The notes beneath the pieces were generated by a model, which worked only from the letters and a program-made list of their open reading frames with translations, was not told where the DNA came from and ran no database searches. Positions 19,476 to 30,466 of a DNA stretch of 64,000 bases are shown one piece after another. The position numbers and the translations under genes are program-made. This stretch comes from Actinomycetota bacterium (GTDB lineage Bacteria > Actinomycetota > Actinomycetes > S36-B12): the NCBI GenBank assembly GCA_016870195.1, contig VGCC01000003.1:68019-132018 (forward strand), written 5' to 3'. How positions within the stretch are numbered: position 1 is the stretch's first letter; the number at the start of each line of letters is the position of its first letter.

Positions 19476-20675
19476 ATGCCTCGGGTCCGAAAGGTCAACC
19501 GAGGCATCGCCCTCGCCGCATGTGCTGGAGCCGTCTCCCTTCTGGTGACCTCGTGCACGCCGCCGATGCCGCCCGATGTTCTGGCAGCGGTGGCGGAGTC
19601 GCAGATCACCTGCCAAAGCGGTGACGTCGCGGTGGCGGTTCCAGAGCAATTCCTCGGCAGCATCGCCGCCGTGGGGGCTGGACTCGGTGGGGTCTGCCCC
19701 GAGCAGACCGTCACGGAGGTCCCGGTCGGTGACCCAGCCCCCGTCTACATCACCAGCGGCACCCCCAGTCCAGATGAGATTTCCGCGTTCACCTCGACCC
19801 AGTGCAGTTCGGGCTCCGTGATCCAAATTCCCGCGTTTGGCTACCAGGTGACGGTGGGCTTCAACGTGATCGGACTCGAGGGTCTGCTCTTCACCCCGGA
19901 GGCCGTGGCGGGAGTTCTGAATGGCACCGTGACGTCGTTCGAGGATCCACTGATCGCGGATCCCAATGAAGGCTATGACCTCTCCGGACTTCCTGAGATC
20001 ACCGTATTGGCATTGGACACCCCCCAAGGCTCCGTTGAGGCCATGACCGCGTGGCTGACCCAGCAGGTCCCCGACCAGTGGACGAAGGGTGTCGTGGGGA
20101 CGATCGATGGCGCCCAGACGTTCGCGACGACCCAGGAGCTCCTCGACGCGATGCTGCTGGCCGATGCGACCGTGGCGATCCTGCCCACGACGACCGTGAT
20201 CTCCGCGGGCTTAGCGCCCGCGAGTCTTCCCGCATATCTTCCGACAGAGGGCGGTGAGAAGGGTGAGTTGGTGACGATCTCACCAGACGACACACAACTG
20301 GCCAAGGTCGGTGCCGGCGCCACCGTGGTGACCTTCGACGACGCGGGCAACATGACGGCAAGCCCCGCCCTCGGAGGCATCCCGACCCCCGAGTCCTTCG
20401 ACCTCGCAGCCTCGAAGGTGGTGCTTCAGGAAGGTCAGCCGCTCGCGGGTTGGCCGGTGGTCGCCATTGCACACGCTCTCATTTGCGACACCCCCGGGGA
20501 TCCGCTGCCGCTGTCCTTCGGTCAGTTCCTGGTGCGTCTGGCGGGCCAGGGCTCATTGGAGGGATTCGGGTTCGTGCCGCTGCCTGAACCCGTGCGATTC
20601 CAGACCTTCACACCGCTCAAGGTCACGATCAATACCGACGCACCGGTTGACCCGTCGGCGACAGCCACGCCGTAG
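19476..20675 (+). CDS. divergent PstS/PBP-like substrate-binding lipoprotein
   Basis: ATG 19476. Lipobox LLVTSC. An internal region (IQIPAFGYQVTVGFNVIGLEGLLFTPEAVAGVLNGTVTSFEDPLIADPN) parallels the PstS core. The upstream 63 codons of the ORF overlap the pstS 3' end and are rejected. Confidence 0.6.
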   Translation: MPRVRKVNRGIALAACAGAVSLLVTSCTPPMPPDVLAAVAESQITCQSGDVAVAVPEQFLGSIAAVGAGLGGVCPEQTVTEVPVGDPAPVYITSGTPSPDEISAFTSTQCSSGSVIQIPAFGYQVTVGFNVIGLEGLLFTPEAVAGVLNGTVTSFEDPLIADPNEGYDLSGLPEITVLALDTPQGSVEAMTAWLTQQVPDQWTKGVVGTIDGAQTFATTQELLDAMLLADATVAILPTTTVISAGLAPASLPAYLPTEGGEKGELVTISPDDTQLAKVGAGATVVTFDDAGNMTASPALGGIPTPESFDLAASKVVLQEGQPLAGWPVVAIAHALICDTPGDPLPLSFGQFLVRLAGQGSLEGFGFVPLPEPVRFQTFTPLKVTINTDAPVDPSATATP

Positions 20676-20677
20676 TC

Positions 20678-20718
20678 AGATCAGCGAGCCCGCTGCCGGG
20701 CCCAGGATTCGCTGATCT
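20678..20718. terminator. nested inverted repeat at the convergent pstS2/ppa junction (inside the ppa 3' end)
   Basis: AGATCAGCGA (20678-20687) pairs with TCGCTGATCT (20709-20718). These arms enclose the GC hairpin GCCCG-ctgc-CGGGC (20688-20701). No U-tract. Confidence 0.3.
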
Positions 20719-21172
20719 CATGCTCCGCCTCGGTGCGGCTCACCCAGGTGGCGCCTTCCACTGACTTCCCGGGCTCGAGGTCCTTGTAGACCTCGAAGAA
20801 GTGCTGGATCTCGAGGCGGTCGAACTCGGGAACATGGTGGATGTCCCGGATGTGCTCGACGCGCGGATCCCGGGCTGGGACACAGAGCACTTTGTCATCA
20901 CCGCCGGCCTCGTCGGTCATGCGGAACATGCCGACGGCCCGGCATCGGATGACGACGCCGGGAAAGGTCGGCTCCGCGACGAGCACGAGCGCGTCGAGGG
21001 GATCGCCGTCCTGGCCGAGGGTGTCCTCGATGAATCCGTGGTCGTGCGGGTAGCGCGTCGAAGTGAAGAGCATGCGATCGAGACGTATGCGCCCGGTTGT
21101 GTGATCCATCTCGTATTTGTTCCGGCTTCCCGCGGGAATCTCGATGGTGACGTCGAACTCGAGTGGTTCCAT
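20681..21172 (-). CDS. ppa: inorganic pyrophosphatase (family I)
   Basis: Starts [33 protein letters not shown] and FFEVYKDLE motifs. Confidence 0.93.
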   Translation of the reverse strand: MEPLEFDVTIEIPAGSRNKYEMDHTTGRIRLDRMLFTSTRYPHDHGFIEDTLGQDGDPLDALVLVAEPTFPGVVIRCRAVGMFRMTDEAGGDDKVLCVPARDPRVEHIRDIHHVPEFDRLEIQHFFEVYKDLEPGKSVEGATWVSRTEAEHEISESWARQRAR

Positions 21173-21189
21173 GACACCTCGTCTTCGAA

Positions 21190-22557
21190 ATGGCTCTCCT
21201 CCGTAGGCTAGCGGGGCTTCCGACGAAGGGAACGCTGGTGCGGGCACGATGGATCACCGCGGTCGTCGCCGTCGGACTGGTGTGGCCCGTCTCTGCCCAG
21301 GCGAACCCGCTCCCGCCCGTTCCCGCTCCCGCGGTCGGTGTTCCACTTCCCGTTGTCGGCTCCACCGCACCCGCACCGACGGCTGCGGGGGTGGTCGAGG
21401 CGTTGGGGCCACTTGCACGGTCAAAGGTGTTGGGATCGTCCGCGATCGTCGTCGTCGATCCGGCGACGGAGACGACGTTGCTCGATCGACGTGGCGCGCA
21501 ACCACTCATTCCGGCATCGACCCAGAAGATCCTCACCGCGGTGGCGGCACTCGAGGCATTGGGACCCTCCGCACGGCTGGCCACGGTCGCCTACCGGGAT
21601 GGCCAGCGGGTCTACGTGCGGGGTGGCGGTGACCCGACGCTGCGTCGGGCTAAGTCCACCGACCCGGACTCGGGTGGAGCCGCATCGATGCGGGAGTTGG
21701 CGCGGCAGATTTCTGTGTCGTTGGGAACGGACACGACCGTGCGATTGGTCTTCGACGATTCACTCTTCACGGGACCAACGTTGGGTCCGGGGTGGAAGCG
21801 CAGCTTACCGCAGGCCGGTGTGGCGGCCCCGGTATCCGCGCTCGTCGTCGACAGTGGACGCGTGCGCCCGGGAGCACGTTCACGGGTATCGGATCCCGCA
21901 CGCGAGGCGGCGCAGGTTCTCGCGGGATACCTACGTGGATTCGGTATCACGGTGAAGTCGGTACGGCGTGGCATCACGCCCGGCGGAGCCGAGGAACTCG
22001 CGCGCGTGGAGTCTGCGCCGATCTCCGCAATCGTGCAGCGCATGCTCTCCGACTCGGATAACGACTACGCAGAGGCCCTGGGTCACCTCGTCGGTGAGGA
22101 GGTGCTCGGCGAAGGGAGCTTCACCGGCGGTGCACGCGCCACCGAGAAGATCGTGGGTGAAGCGGGCATCGACCTCACCGGGGTTCAACTTTCCGACGCG
22201 AGCGGTCTGTCACCCCGGAATCGGCTCCCGGCGGAGACCTTGACCGATGTGTTGACCGTAATCGCGCGCGGGGAGGAGCCCAGCTGGGCCCCGGTGGCCG
22301 CGGGCCTCCCGGTGGCCGGGGTGACCGGAACCCTCGCGGACCGCTTCGATACCCGCGGCACGAAGGCGGGGCGGGGTGCGGTCTTCGCCAAGACCGGCAC
22401 GCTCACCGGGGTCGGGTCGTTGGCCGGATGGGTCATCGACCGCGACCAGCGCCTCCTGGTTTTCGCCATTGTGGGCAATGACGTGCGCAGCCCCCTGCGT
22501 GCGCGCGACACAATGGACCGCATCGCCGTACGACTCGTTGAATGTGGGTGCCGATGA
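21190..22557 (+). CDS. dacB: D-alanyl-D-alanine carboxypeptidase/endopeptidase, PBP4 (DacB) family
   Basis: SxxK (PASTQK), SxN (SDSDN) and KTG (FAKTGTL) motifs. Signal peptide ...[11 protein letters not shown] 21238 is an alternative start. Confidence 0.85.
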   Translation: MALLRRLAGLPTKGTLVRARWITAVVAVGLVWPVSAQANPLPPVPAPAVGVPLPVVGSTAPAPTAAGVVEALGPLARSKVLGSSAIVVVDPATETTLLDRRGAQPLIPASTQKILTAVAALEALGPSARLATVAYRDGQRVYVRGGGDPTLRRAKSTDPDSGGAASMRELARQISVSLGTDTTVRLVFDDSLFTGPTLGPGWKRSLPQAGVAAPVSALVVDSGRVRPGARSRVSDPAREAAQVLAGYLRGFGITVKSVRRGITPGGAEELARVESAPISAIVQRMLSDSDNDYAEALGHLVGEEVLGEGSFTGGARATEKIVGEAGIDLTGVQLSDASGLSPRNRLPAETLTDVLTVIARGEEPSWAPVAAGLPVAGVTGTLADRFDTRGTKAGRGAVFAKTGTLTGVGSLAGWVIDRDQRLLVFAIVGNDVRSPLRARDTMDRIAVRLVECGCR

Positions 22558-23597
22558 GCAACGTGACCATGCCAATCCGGCTTCCGGTCAATCAGTTCGA
22601 CCACTTCTACCGAGGCGGGGACCGGATCGGTGCATTACGTCATGGACCGGGTGGACCGCAACGACCTGAGGAGTGGATCGGATCCACCACGGTGCGCTTC
22701 GGGCAGGCGCCCGCGGGGCTGACCGTTCTCCCCGACGGCACCCTGCTGCTCGAGCACATGCACCGTGACCCAGACGCCTGGCTTGGCCCGGATCACGTGG
22801 CCCGCTACGGGACCAGCGCCGAGGTGCTGGTGAAGCTTCTCGATCTCGGCCAACGCCTCCCGGTGCACCTGCATCCCAATCGTGAGTTCTCCCGCACCCA
22901 TCTCGGCCTGGCCCATGGAAAGACCGAGGCCTGGTACGTCCTCGACGCTCCCGCCGGTGCGCGGGTCGGTGTCGGATTCCGGGAAACCATGGATCGTGCT
23001 CGTGTCCGCGACTGGGTGATGAATCGTGACAGCGATGCATTGCTCGAGTCGCTGCAAACGCGTGAGGTACGTCCGGGTGACGCGATGCTCGTGCCCTCGG
23101 GGCTACCGCACACCGTGCAGGAGGGTGTCTTCGTCTTGGAACTCCAGGAACCCACCGATCTGTCGATCCTGCTCGAGTGGCAGGGATTCGCCGTCGACGG
23201 CTTCGCCGATGGGCACTTGGATCTCGGCTTCGATACGGCACTTGACGCCGTGGACTACTCCGCGGTGAACGCATCCGATCTCGACGCTCTTGTCCTCAGT
23301 CGCGAGAGCATCGAGCAGGCCGGACTCCACACCGCGATGCCCGCCGAAGCGGAGCAGTACTTCCGCCTCCATCGACTCAGCTCCACCGGAAACGCCGTCG
23401 ATGTCGCGGCTGGATTCGCAATCGCGCTCGTCACCGAAGGCTCCGGTGTGCTCACGGCCGCTGCCGGCGCGCTTGAGATCGCCAAGGGCGATGCACTCCT
23501 CATTCCCTACGCCGTGGGCCCATGGTCGGTGCACGGTGTGTGCACGGTGATGGTGTGCCGCCCGCCCGCCCCTGATGCGCCAGCGGGGGCCCGATAA
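22554..23597 (+). CDS. class I mannose-6-phosphate isomerase-like (cupin, zinc-binding)
   Basis: ATGA overlap with dacB. VKLLDLGQRLPVHLHPN and GKTEAWYVL motifs. Confidence 0.7.
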   Translation: MSNVTMPIRLPVNQFDHFYRGGDRIGALRHGPGGPQRPEEWIGSTTVRFGQAPAGLTVLPDGTLLLEHMHRDPDAWLGPDHVARYGTSAEVLVKLLDLGQRLPVHLHPNREFSRTHLGLAHGKTEAWYVLDAPAGARVGVGFRETMDRARVRDWVMNRDSDALLESLQTREVRPGDAMLVPSGLPHTVQEGVFVLELQEPTDLSILLEWQGFAVDGFADGHLDLGFDTALDAVDYSAVNASDLDALVLSRESIEQAGLHTAMPAEAEQYFRLHRLSSTGNAVDVAAGFAIALVTEGSGVLTAAAGALEIAKGDALLIPYAVGPWSVHGVCTVMVCRPPAPDAPAGAR

Positions 23598-23599
23598 GG

Positions 23600-24616
23600 G
23601 TGTCCGTCGTCGACTGGGAGTTGGCCAGCGCGGTCGCCTCCGGACTCGCACCGACGGGACCGGAGGTGGGCGCGAGCGAGGTGCGCGCCATGACCCACCA
23701 GTTGGCGGAATTCGCGGAGCAGGCCGCCTCGGAGGTGCACGCGATCACCGGGTTGGTGGCGGTCCCCGGTCATCGCACGATCGTGGCCGACCGGCAGCGC
23801 TGGATCCGCTCCAATATCGATGCACTCGCCGCTCTGACGGAGCACCTCGACTCGCGCGTCGGCGCCGGTGCTGTGCACGCGTTCGGTTCCCGGGCCACCG
23901 CACTTCAGATCGGTGCAACCCTCGGGTGGATGTCCGGTCGCGTTCTGGGTCAGTACGAAGTGGTGGCCGAACCCGGATCGCTCCTTCTCGTGGCTCCGAC
24001 GATCGCGGCAACGGAGCGCACCCTCGACGTTCCCGCTGCCGATTTCCGGCTCTGGGTATGTCTGCACGAGGAGACGCACCGTGTCCAATTCGGTGCGGTG
24101 CCGTGGTTGCGCGACTACTTCATCAAGCGGGTGCAGATCCTCCTCGAGCCGCCGGAGCTCGGATTGCGGGATTCGCTCGCGTGGCTCACCGCTGTCGTCA
24201 CGACCGTCGCGCGCGCACTTCGTGGACGTTCGGATCTGGCCGTCACCGACCTTGCGCCCACGGAGGAACAGCGCACCGCACTGCGCGAATTGATGGCACT
24301 CATGACCGTCCTCGAGGGCCATGCGGATGTGGTCATGGACCTCGCGGGTCCGGAGGTGATCCCCTCGGTCGCACTGATCCGGGAGCGGTTCGAGGTGCGT
24401 CGCGACTCCGCGCACGGGATGGATCGGATCATCCGCACGCTGCTGGGTGTTGAGGCCAAGATGCGCCAGTACCGCGATGGCGCCTCGTTCATCCGAAGCC
24501 TTGTGGATGCCGGAGGCATGGCGCGGGTCAACGCGCTCTGGAGTGGACCCGATGCGCTCCCCACCCTCGAGGAGATCGCTGCACCGGCTCAATGGTCGGA
24601 GCGCACCGCGGCATGA
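23600..24616 (+). CDS. zinc-dependent metalloprotease-like protein (DUF2342 type) conserved upstream of tilS
   Basis: HExxH motif in VCLHEETHRVQF. GTG start 2 nt after the previous stop. Position before tilS-hpt-ftsH is typical for Actinobacteria. Confidence 0.7.
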   Translation: MSVVDWELASAVASGLAPTGPEVGASEVRAMTHQLAEFAEQAASEVHAITGLVAVPGHRTIVADRQRWIRSNIDALAALTEHLDSRVGAGAVHAFGSRATALQIGATLGWMSGRVLGQYEVVAEPGSLLLVAPTIAATERTLDVPAADFRLWVCLHEETHRVQFGAVPWLRDYFIKRVQILLEPPELGLRDSLAWLTAVVTTVARALRGRSDLAVTDLAPTEEQRTALRELMALMTVLEGHADVVMDLAGPEVIPSVALIRERFEVRRDSAHGMDRIIRTLLGVEAKMRQYRDGASFIRSLVDAGGMARVNALWSGPDALPTLEEIAAPAQWSERTAA

Positions 24617-25605
24617 GTGAGGCGTCGGGGGAATTGCTCGCCGCACGGAATGCCGTGAAGCGTTGCATCGCACCGGGATCGATCATCGTCGGATGCTCTG
24701 GTGGTCCCGACTCCCTCGCACTGGTGGCTGCCGCGGTCTGGCTCGCGCGCCACGCGGGTGTGCCCCTGACGGTGGGGATCGTCGATCACCAGTTGCAGAC
24801 GGGGTCCGCGGACATCGCGGCCGAGGCTGCCCGGGCCTGCCGGGCGCTGGATGCTTCGGATGTCGAAGTCCTCACGGTCGATGTCGTTGCCGAAGGTGGA
24901 CCGGAGGCGGCGGCACGTGACGCGCGGCGGTCGGCACTCCTCGACCTGGCACAGCGTCGGGGGAGCGAGCAGATCCTGCTCGCCCACACCCGCGAGGATC
25001 AGGCGGAGACCGTCCTGTTGCGGCTGAGTCGGGGCGCGGGTGCCCGGAGCCTGGCCGCGATGCGTGCCTGCGCACCCCCGTGGCATCGGCCCTTCTTGGA
25101 CCTGTCGCGTGCGGATGTCCACGCGGTCGCTGCGGAGGTGTGCGACCCGATCGGCATCACTCCCTGGAGGGATCCGCATAACAGCGATCCACGCTTCGGC
25201 CGTGTTCGGGCGCGTCGTTGGCTTGACGAACTCACGGACGAGCTCGGACCCGGTGTGGTGCAGGGTCTCTCGCGCAGTGCGGCTTTGCTCGCTGACGACG
25301 CCGATGTGCTGGATGCCTGGACGGAGCAGGAGGCTGCGCGCATCGTCGAGGACGAGGGGGGCGTGGTCTCTGCGGAGCTCGCCGCACTCGCGGAATTGCC
25401 GCGGGCCATCCGGACCCGGGTGCTGCGCACGATGCACCAGCATGTATCCGGGGAAGGCGAACTGACCTTCGATCACGTCCGCACGCTGGACACCTACGTC
25501 TCCGATTGGCATGGACAGGGTGACTGCGATCTTCCCGGTGGTGTGACGGCACGGGTCGACTATGGAAGGCTGGTACTCCTTCGCACCGCTACCCACCAGG
25601 AGTGA
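24613..25605 (+). CDS. tilS: tRNA(Ile)-lysidine synthetase
   Basis: PP-loop VGCSGGPDSLAL. ATGA overlap with the upstream gene. Followed by hpt. Confidence 0.88.
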   Translation: MSEASGELLAARNAVKRCIAPGSIIVGCSGGPDSLALVAAAVWLARHAGVPLTVGIVDHQLQTGSADIAAEAARACRALDASDVEVLTVDVVAEGGPEAAARDARRSALLDLAQRRGSEQILLAHTREDQAETVLLRLSRGAGARSLAAMRACAPPWHRPFLDLSRADVHAVAAEVCDPIGITPWRDPHNSDPRFGRVRARRWLDELTDELGPGVVQGLSRSAALLADDADVLDAWTEQEAARIVEDEGGVVSAELAALAELPRAIRTRVLRTMHQHVSGEGELTFDHVRTLDTYVSDWHGQGDCDLPGGVTARVDYGRLVLLRTATHQE

Positions 25606-25608
25606 TCC

Positions 25609-26160
25609 GTGGATCAGTCGCACGTCGCATCCGATCTCGACCATGTGTTGCTCACGGAGGAGGAAATTCGGTCACGAATCGCGGAGCTGGCCGCCCAGAT
25701 CGATCGCGACTATGCGGGCAGGGACCTGCTGCTCGTCGGAGTCCTGAAGGGCGCGATCATGGTCATGGCCGATTTGGCCCGAGCCCTGACCATCCACGCG
25801 GACATGGACTGGATGGCTGTATCGTCGTACGGATCGGGCACCACGTCGAGTGGTGTCGTGCGCATCCTGAAGGACCTCGACCGCGACCTCACCGGTCACG
25901 ACGTGTTGATTGTGGAGGACATCGTCGATTCCGGTCTCACGCTGAGTTGGCTGCTCAAGAATCTGTCCGCGCGCGGGCCCGCGTCACTGGAAGTGTTCAC
26001 GCTATTGCGCAAGCCCGAGGCAATGCGCGTCGAGGTGCTCCCTCGATACGTGGGCTTCGACATCCCCAATCAATTCGTGGTCGGGTACGGCCTCGACTAT
26101 GCCCAGCGCTACCGGAACCTGCGCTGCGTGGGGACTCTCGCACCGCACGTCTACTCCTGA
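25609..26160 (+). CDS. hpt: hypoxanthine phosphoribosyltransferase
   Basis: PRPP-binding motif [14 protein letters not shown]; [13 protein letters not shown]. Confidence 0.93.
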   Translation: MDQSHVASDLDHVLLTEEEIRSRIAELAAQIDRDYAGRDLLLVGVLKGAIMVMADLARALTIHADMDWMAVSSYGSGTTSSGVVRILKDLDRDLTGHDVLIVEDIVDSGLTLSWLLKNLSARGPASLEVFTLLRKPEAMRVEVLPRYVGFDIPNQFVVGYGLDYAQRYRNLRCVGTLAPHVYS

Positions 26161-26234
26161 TCGTTCGCGCAGGGCGGACCACAGCCCCTTCGGCCGCGGA
26201 TGAGTGGGACCGGTCACCGTAGTACCGTCGTACG

Positions 26235-28181
26235 GTGGATATGAAGCGCATCCTGCGTGGGCCGATCTTCTGGATCGCCCTGGCCGTGGGTTTCGTGCTG
26301 ATCGGATCGAGCTTCGTCTCGGGGATTGGTGCTCCCGAGGAGATCGACACCAGCAAGGCCGTCGCCGCGATCACGTCCAGTGAGGTCGACACCGCCACCA
26401 TCATCGATCGTGACCAGATCCTCGAGTTGACTCTGAAGGACGGGTCCCAGGTTCGGGCCACCTACGTCACCGGCCAGGGCGTCGAGCTCCAGTCGCTGCT
26501 CCAGGCACGGGCGGACTCCGGACAGTTGCCCGGGGGATACAACGTCGTCGTACCGTCCGAGAACCTGCTCGTTTCTCTTTTCGTCTCACTCCTACCCTTC
26601 GCTCTGCTCATCCTCTTGATGGTCTTCATCTTCAGCCAGATGCAAGGCGGAGGTAGCCGCCTGATGAGCTTCGGCAAGTCGAAGGCGAAGGTGATCACCA
26701 AGGACATGCCGCAGACCACGTTTGCCGACGTCGCGGGGGCGGAGGAGGCAGTCGAGGAACTTGCGGAGATCAAGGACTTCCTGGCCGATCCTGATCGCTT
26801 TAAGGCTGTGGGGGCGAAGATCCCCAAGGGCGTATTGCTCTACGGCCCCCCCGGCACCGGCAAGACGCTGCTGGCGCGCGCAGTGGCGGGTGAGGCGGGC
26901 GTTCCCTTCTACAGCATTTCCGGTTCCGACTTCGTCGAGATGTTCGTCGGCGTGGGCGCGAGCCGAGTGCGCGATCTCTTCGAGCAAGCCAAGCAGAACG
27001 CGCCGGCGATCATCTTCGTTGACGAGATTGATGCGGTGGGACGCCACCGCGGTGCCGGGCTCGGCGGTGGTCATGATGAGCGCGAGCAGACGCTGAACCA
27101 GATGCTCGTCGAGATGGATGGCTTCGACGTCAGCGGTGGCGTGATCATGATCGCTGCCACGAACCGCCCCGACATCCTCGATCCCGCGCTGCTGCGTCCC
27201 GGACGCTTCGATCGTCAGATCGCCGTGGAGCGGCCGGATCTGAACGGTCGATCCCAAATCCTCCAGGTGCACGCCAAGGGCAAACCCATCAGCGACGACG
27301 TTGATCTCATGGCCGTTGCGCGTCGCACGCCGGGATTCACGGGCGCCGACCTTGCGAACGTGCTCAATGAGGCAGCGCTGCTTACTGCTCGTTCCGGCTT
27401 CGACGTCATCAACGATGAGGCGATGGACGAGGCGATCGACCGTGTCATTGCCGGCCCGCAGAAGCGCACGCGGGTGATGGACGAGCAGGAGAAGAAGATC
27501 ACCGCCTACCACGAGGCTGGGCATGCGTTGGTCGCGGCAGCTCTCCCCGGAAACGATCCGGTCCACAAGATCACGATCATGCCGCGCGGTCGTGCGCTCG
27601 GTTACACGATGGTGTTGCCGGACCAGGACAAGTACTCCACCACCCGCAGTCAGATGCTGAACCAAATCGCCTACATGCTCGGTGGCCGGGCTGCAGAGGA
27701 ATTGATCTTCCACGATCCCACCACCGGGGCGGCCAACGACATCGAGAAGGCAACGGCCGTCGCCCGCGCGATGGTGACCCAGTACGGCATGACCGAGCGA
27801 CTCGGTGCGGTGAAGTACGGCCAAGAGCAGGGCGAGGTGTTCCTCGGACGTGACATGGGACATAGCCGGGATTACTCCGAGGAGGTCGCCGCCGCCATCG
27901 ATGCGGAGGTTCGGGGATTCATCGAGGCGGCGCACCAGGAGGCCTACGACGTTCTGGTCGAGAACCGGGATGTGCTCGACGCCATGGTCCTCGCCCTCCT
28001 CGAACGGGAGACCCTCGATAAAGAGGAGATCGAGGAGATCTTCACTGCATTGCGGCTCCGTCAGCCGCGACCTGCGTGGACTGGCTCCGCCCGTCGTGCA
28101 CCGGACCATCGCGGGCCGATCCCTACCCCCGCCAAGCTGAGTTCCTCGAACGGGCACGCGGCGTCCGAGGTCGCCGACTAG
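26235..28181 (+). CDS. ftsH: ATP-dependent zinc metalloprotease FtsH
   Basis: Two N-terminal TM helices, Walker A GPPGTGKT, Walker [12 protein letters not shown] region, HEAGH zinc site. Confidence 0.97.
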   Translation: MDMKRILRGPIFWIALAVGFVLIGSSFVSGIGAPEEIDTSKAVAAITSSEVDTATIIDRDQILELTLKDGSQVRATYVTGQGVELQSLLQARADSGQLPGGYNVVVPSENLLVSLFVSLLPFALLILLMVFIFSQMQGGGSRLMSFGKSKAKVITKDMPQTTFADVAGAEEAVEELAEIKDFLADPDRFKAVGAKIPKGVLLYGPPGTGKTLLARAVAGEAGVPFYSISGSDFVEMFVGVGASRVRDLFEQAKQNAPAIIFVDEIDAVGRHRGAGLGGGHDEREQTLNQMLVEMDGFDVSGGVIMIAATNRPDILDPALLRPGRFDRQIAVERPDLNGRSQILQVHAKGKPISDDVDLMAVARRTPGFTGADLANVLNEAALLTARSGFDVINDEAMDEAIDRVIAGPQKRTRVMDEQEKKITAYHEAGHALVAAALPGNDPVHKITIMPRGRALGYTMVLPDQDKYSTTRSQMLNQIAYMLGGRAAEELIFHDPTTGAANDIEKATAVARAMVTQYGMTERLGAVKYGQEQGEVFLGRDMGHSRDYSEEVAAAIDAEVRGFIEAAHQEAYDVLVENRDVLDAMVLALLERETLDKEEIEEIFTALRLRQPRPAWTGSARRAPDHRGPIPTPAKLSSSNGHAASEVAD

Positions 28182-28183
28182 CC

Positions 28184-28795
28184 ATGGGGGACATCACCGC
28201 GGTCTCACTGCCCGCAGACCGGGCCGTGGGTCCCTTCGATGCAGCCGCAGTGGAGCGCGCTGTCCGTGATCTATTGATCGCCATCGGCGAGGACCCCGAG
28301 CGCGACGGACTACGCGACACACCGGCCCGGGTGGCCCGGGGGTATTCGGAGATGTTCCGTGGATTGCATCAACGTCCCGAGGAGGTGCTCACCACCACCT
28401 TCGATCTCGGTCACAACGAACTCGTCTTGGTCAAGGACATCGCCCTGTACTCGACCTGTGAGCACCACCTTCTGCCCTTCTTCGGTGTCGCGCACGTCGG
28501 GTACATCCCCAACGCGAATGGACGGATCACCGGTTTATCGAAGCTCGCCAGGCTCGTCGACGTCTTCGCTCGTCGGCCGCAGGTCCAGGAGCGTTTGACC
28601 ACACAGATCGCCGAGTCCCTGACGTCGATCCTCGACCCGATGGGTGCGATCGTGGTGATCGAGGCCGAGCACATGTGCATGTCGGTGCGCGGTGTCCGTC
28701 AGCCCGGTGCGACGACCGTGACGAGCGCGGTTCGGGGAGTGCTCAGTTCTGCTGCATCGCGTTCCGAGGCGATGTCACTCATCATCGGGAGGTAG
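28184..28795 (+). CDS. folE: GTP cyclohydrolase I
   Basis: ATG 28184, 2 nt after the ftsH stop. [13 protein letters not shown] and [10 protein letters not shown] motifs. Confidence 0.93.
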   Translation: MGDITAVSLPADRAVGPFDAAAVERAVRDLLIAIGEDPERDGLRDTPARVARGYSEMFRGLHQRPEEVLTTTFDLGHNELVLVKDIALYSTCEHHLLPFFGVAHVGYIPNANGRITGLSKLARLVDVFARRPQVQERLTTQIAESLTSILDPMGAIVVIEAEHMCMSVRGVRQPGATTVTSAVRGVLSSAASRSEAMSLIIGR

Positions 28796-28797
28796 CC

Positions 28798-29616
28798 GTG
28801 CCGGCCACGCCTCTCGTGCTCGGCGTCCTGAACGTCACCCCCGACTCCTTCTCCGATGGTGGCGAGCACGCCAACCGCGAGACGGCGATTGCCCACGGAC
28901 TCGCGATGCACGCGATGGGAGCCGACGTTGTCGACGTCGGCGGCGAATCCACGCGGCCGGGTGCGCAGCGCATACCCGAATCCGAGGAGTTGGATCGCGT
29001 CATCCCCGTCGTGACAGCCCTGACGGCTGCGGGAGTCCGGGTGAGCATCGACACCATGCGTGCGGAGGTGGCCCGGCGAGCGGTCGAGGCGGGTGCGTCG
29101 ATGGTGAATGACGTCTCAGGCGGCCAGGCCGATGAGGCGATGTATGCGACGGTGGCAGAGCTCGGGTGCGACTACGTGGTGATGCACTGGCGTGGGCACA
29201 GTGCACACATGGATGAGCTCACCCGCTACACCTCCGTGGCGGAAGAAGTCCGCGCGGAAACACTGACCTGCGCCCGTGCGGCGGCGATCGCTGGCATCCG
29301 TGAATCCTCGATCATCATCGATCCCGGTATCGGGTTCGCGAAGACGATCGAGCAGAACTGGACCGTGCTGCGGGATCTCGATCGGTGGGTCACGACGGGC
29401 TTTCGAGTGCTCGTCGGTGCGTCGCGCAAGAAATTCCTGGGTGCGCTCCTCGCCGATTCCGAAGGGACTCCGCGGGATATGCGGGGCCGCGATGCAGCCT
29501 CGGCGGTGATCAGCGCCCTCTGCGCCCGCGCGGGTGTCTGGGGGGTACGGGTCCATGATGTGCGTACAACGCGCGATGCCCTCGCGGTTGCCGCGAGGTG
29601 GGATGGGGAGACGTGA
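28798..29616 (+). CDS. folP: dihydropteroate synthase
   Basis: GTG 28798 with GGGAGG upstream. GVLNVTPDSFSDGG and VVDVGGESTRPG motifs. Confidence 0.93.
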   Translation: MPATPLVLGVLNVTPDSFSDGGEHANRETAIAHGLAMHAMGADVVDVGGESTRPGAQRIPESEELDRVIPVVTALTAAGVRVSIDTMRAEVARRAVEAGASMVNDVSGGQADEAMYATVAELGCDYVVMHWRGHSAHMDELTRYTSVAEEVRAETLTCARAAAIAGIRESSIIIDPGIGFAKTIEQNWTVLRDLDRWVTTGFRVLVGASRKKFLGALLADSEGTPRDMRGRDAASAVISALCARAGVWGVRVHDVRTTRDALAVAARWDGET

Positions 29617-29969
29617 CCGACACCATTGAGATCCGGGGCATTCGTGGGTTCGGTCATCACGGGGTCCTCGCTTCCGAGCGTGCAGACGGACAGGAGTTCG
29701 TCGTCGACGTAGTGCTCGGCGTTTCTACCCGCCCGGCTGCGGAAAGTGATGATCTGGCAAAGACCGTGAACTACGCGTCGGTTGCTGAGCGGGTCCATGC
29801 GCACATCACCGGGGATCCCTGCGATCTGATCGAGACTGTGGCCGAACGCATCGCGGGTGATGTCCTCGCACATGAGGTGATCGACTGGATCGAGGTGGCC
29901 GTGCACAAGCCCTCGGCACCCATTCCGGTGCCCTTCGACGATGTGATCGTGCGGATCCTTCGACCATGA
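29613..29969 (+). CDS. folB: dihydroneopterin aldolase
   Basis: IEIRGIRGFGHHGVLASERADGQEFVVDV. GTGA overlap with folP. Confidence 0.9.
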   Translation: MTDTIEIRGIRGFGHHGVLASERADGQEFVVDVVLGVSTRPAAESDDLAKTVNYASVAERVHAHITGDPCDLIETVAERIAGDVLAHEVIDWIEVAVHKPSAPIPVPFDDVIVRILRP

Positions 29970-30466
29970 GTAGGGCCGTGATCGCGCTCGGTGCAAATCT
30001 TGATGATCCAGCGCACCATCTGCATGACGCCGCGCACCGCATTGATCGCACTCCGGGGGTTCGCATCGTCGGGAGATCGCACCTGTTCCGCACCGCACCC
30101 ATCGGGGGACCCGAGCAACCCGACTACGTCAACGCGGTCATCATCGTGGAGACCGATCGCGATCCCCACACCCTGCTCGCCGACCTGCACTCGATCGAGG
30201 CAGAGCACGGTCGTATCCGCGATGTGCACTGGGGCCCGCGCACGCTTGATCTCGACTTGATCGCCTACGACGACTTCCGCTCCGTCGATCCCGAGTTGCA
30301 GGTTCCCCATCCCCGCGCCCACGAGCGTGCCTTCGTCCTTGTGCCGTGGTGCGATGCGGAGTCCGATGCAGTCTTTCCCGGAGTCGGTCCGATCCGTGAC
30401 CTCGTTGCAGGCCTGGATACGGCCGGGTGCACAGTGCTCGAGGGACCGCGCGTGGGCGAGTCATGA
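29966..30466 (+). CDS. folK: 2-amino-4-hydroxy-6-hydroxymethyldihydropteridine diphosphokinase
   Basis: VIALGANLDDP ... WGPRTLDLDLI ... VPHPRAHERAFVLVPW. ATGA overlap with folB. Confidence 0.93.
   Translation: MSRAVIALGANLDDPAHHLHDAAHRIDRTPGVRIVGRSHLFRTAPIGGPEQPDYVNAVIIVETDRDPHTLLADLHSIEAEHGRIRDVHWGPRTLDLDLIAYDDFRSVDPELQVPHPRAHERAFVLVPWCDAESDAVFPGVGPIRDLVAGLDTAGCTVLEGPRVGES

Noticed and set aside
23507-25644. Two long minus-strand ORFs (23507..24673 and 24589..25644)
   Set aside because: Antisense to the HExxH protein and tilS. Arg/Gly/His-rich junk-like sequences.
26592-28157. 521-aa minus-strand ORF
   Set aside because: Antisense to ftsH. Composition is typical of off-frame GC-rich translation, and no recognisable domain is present.
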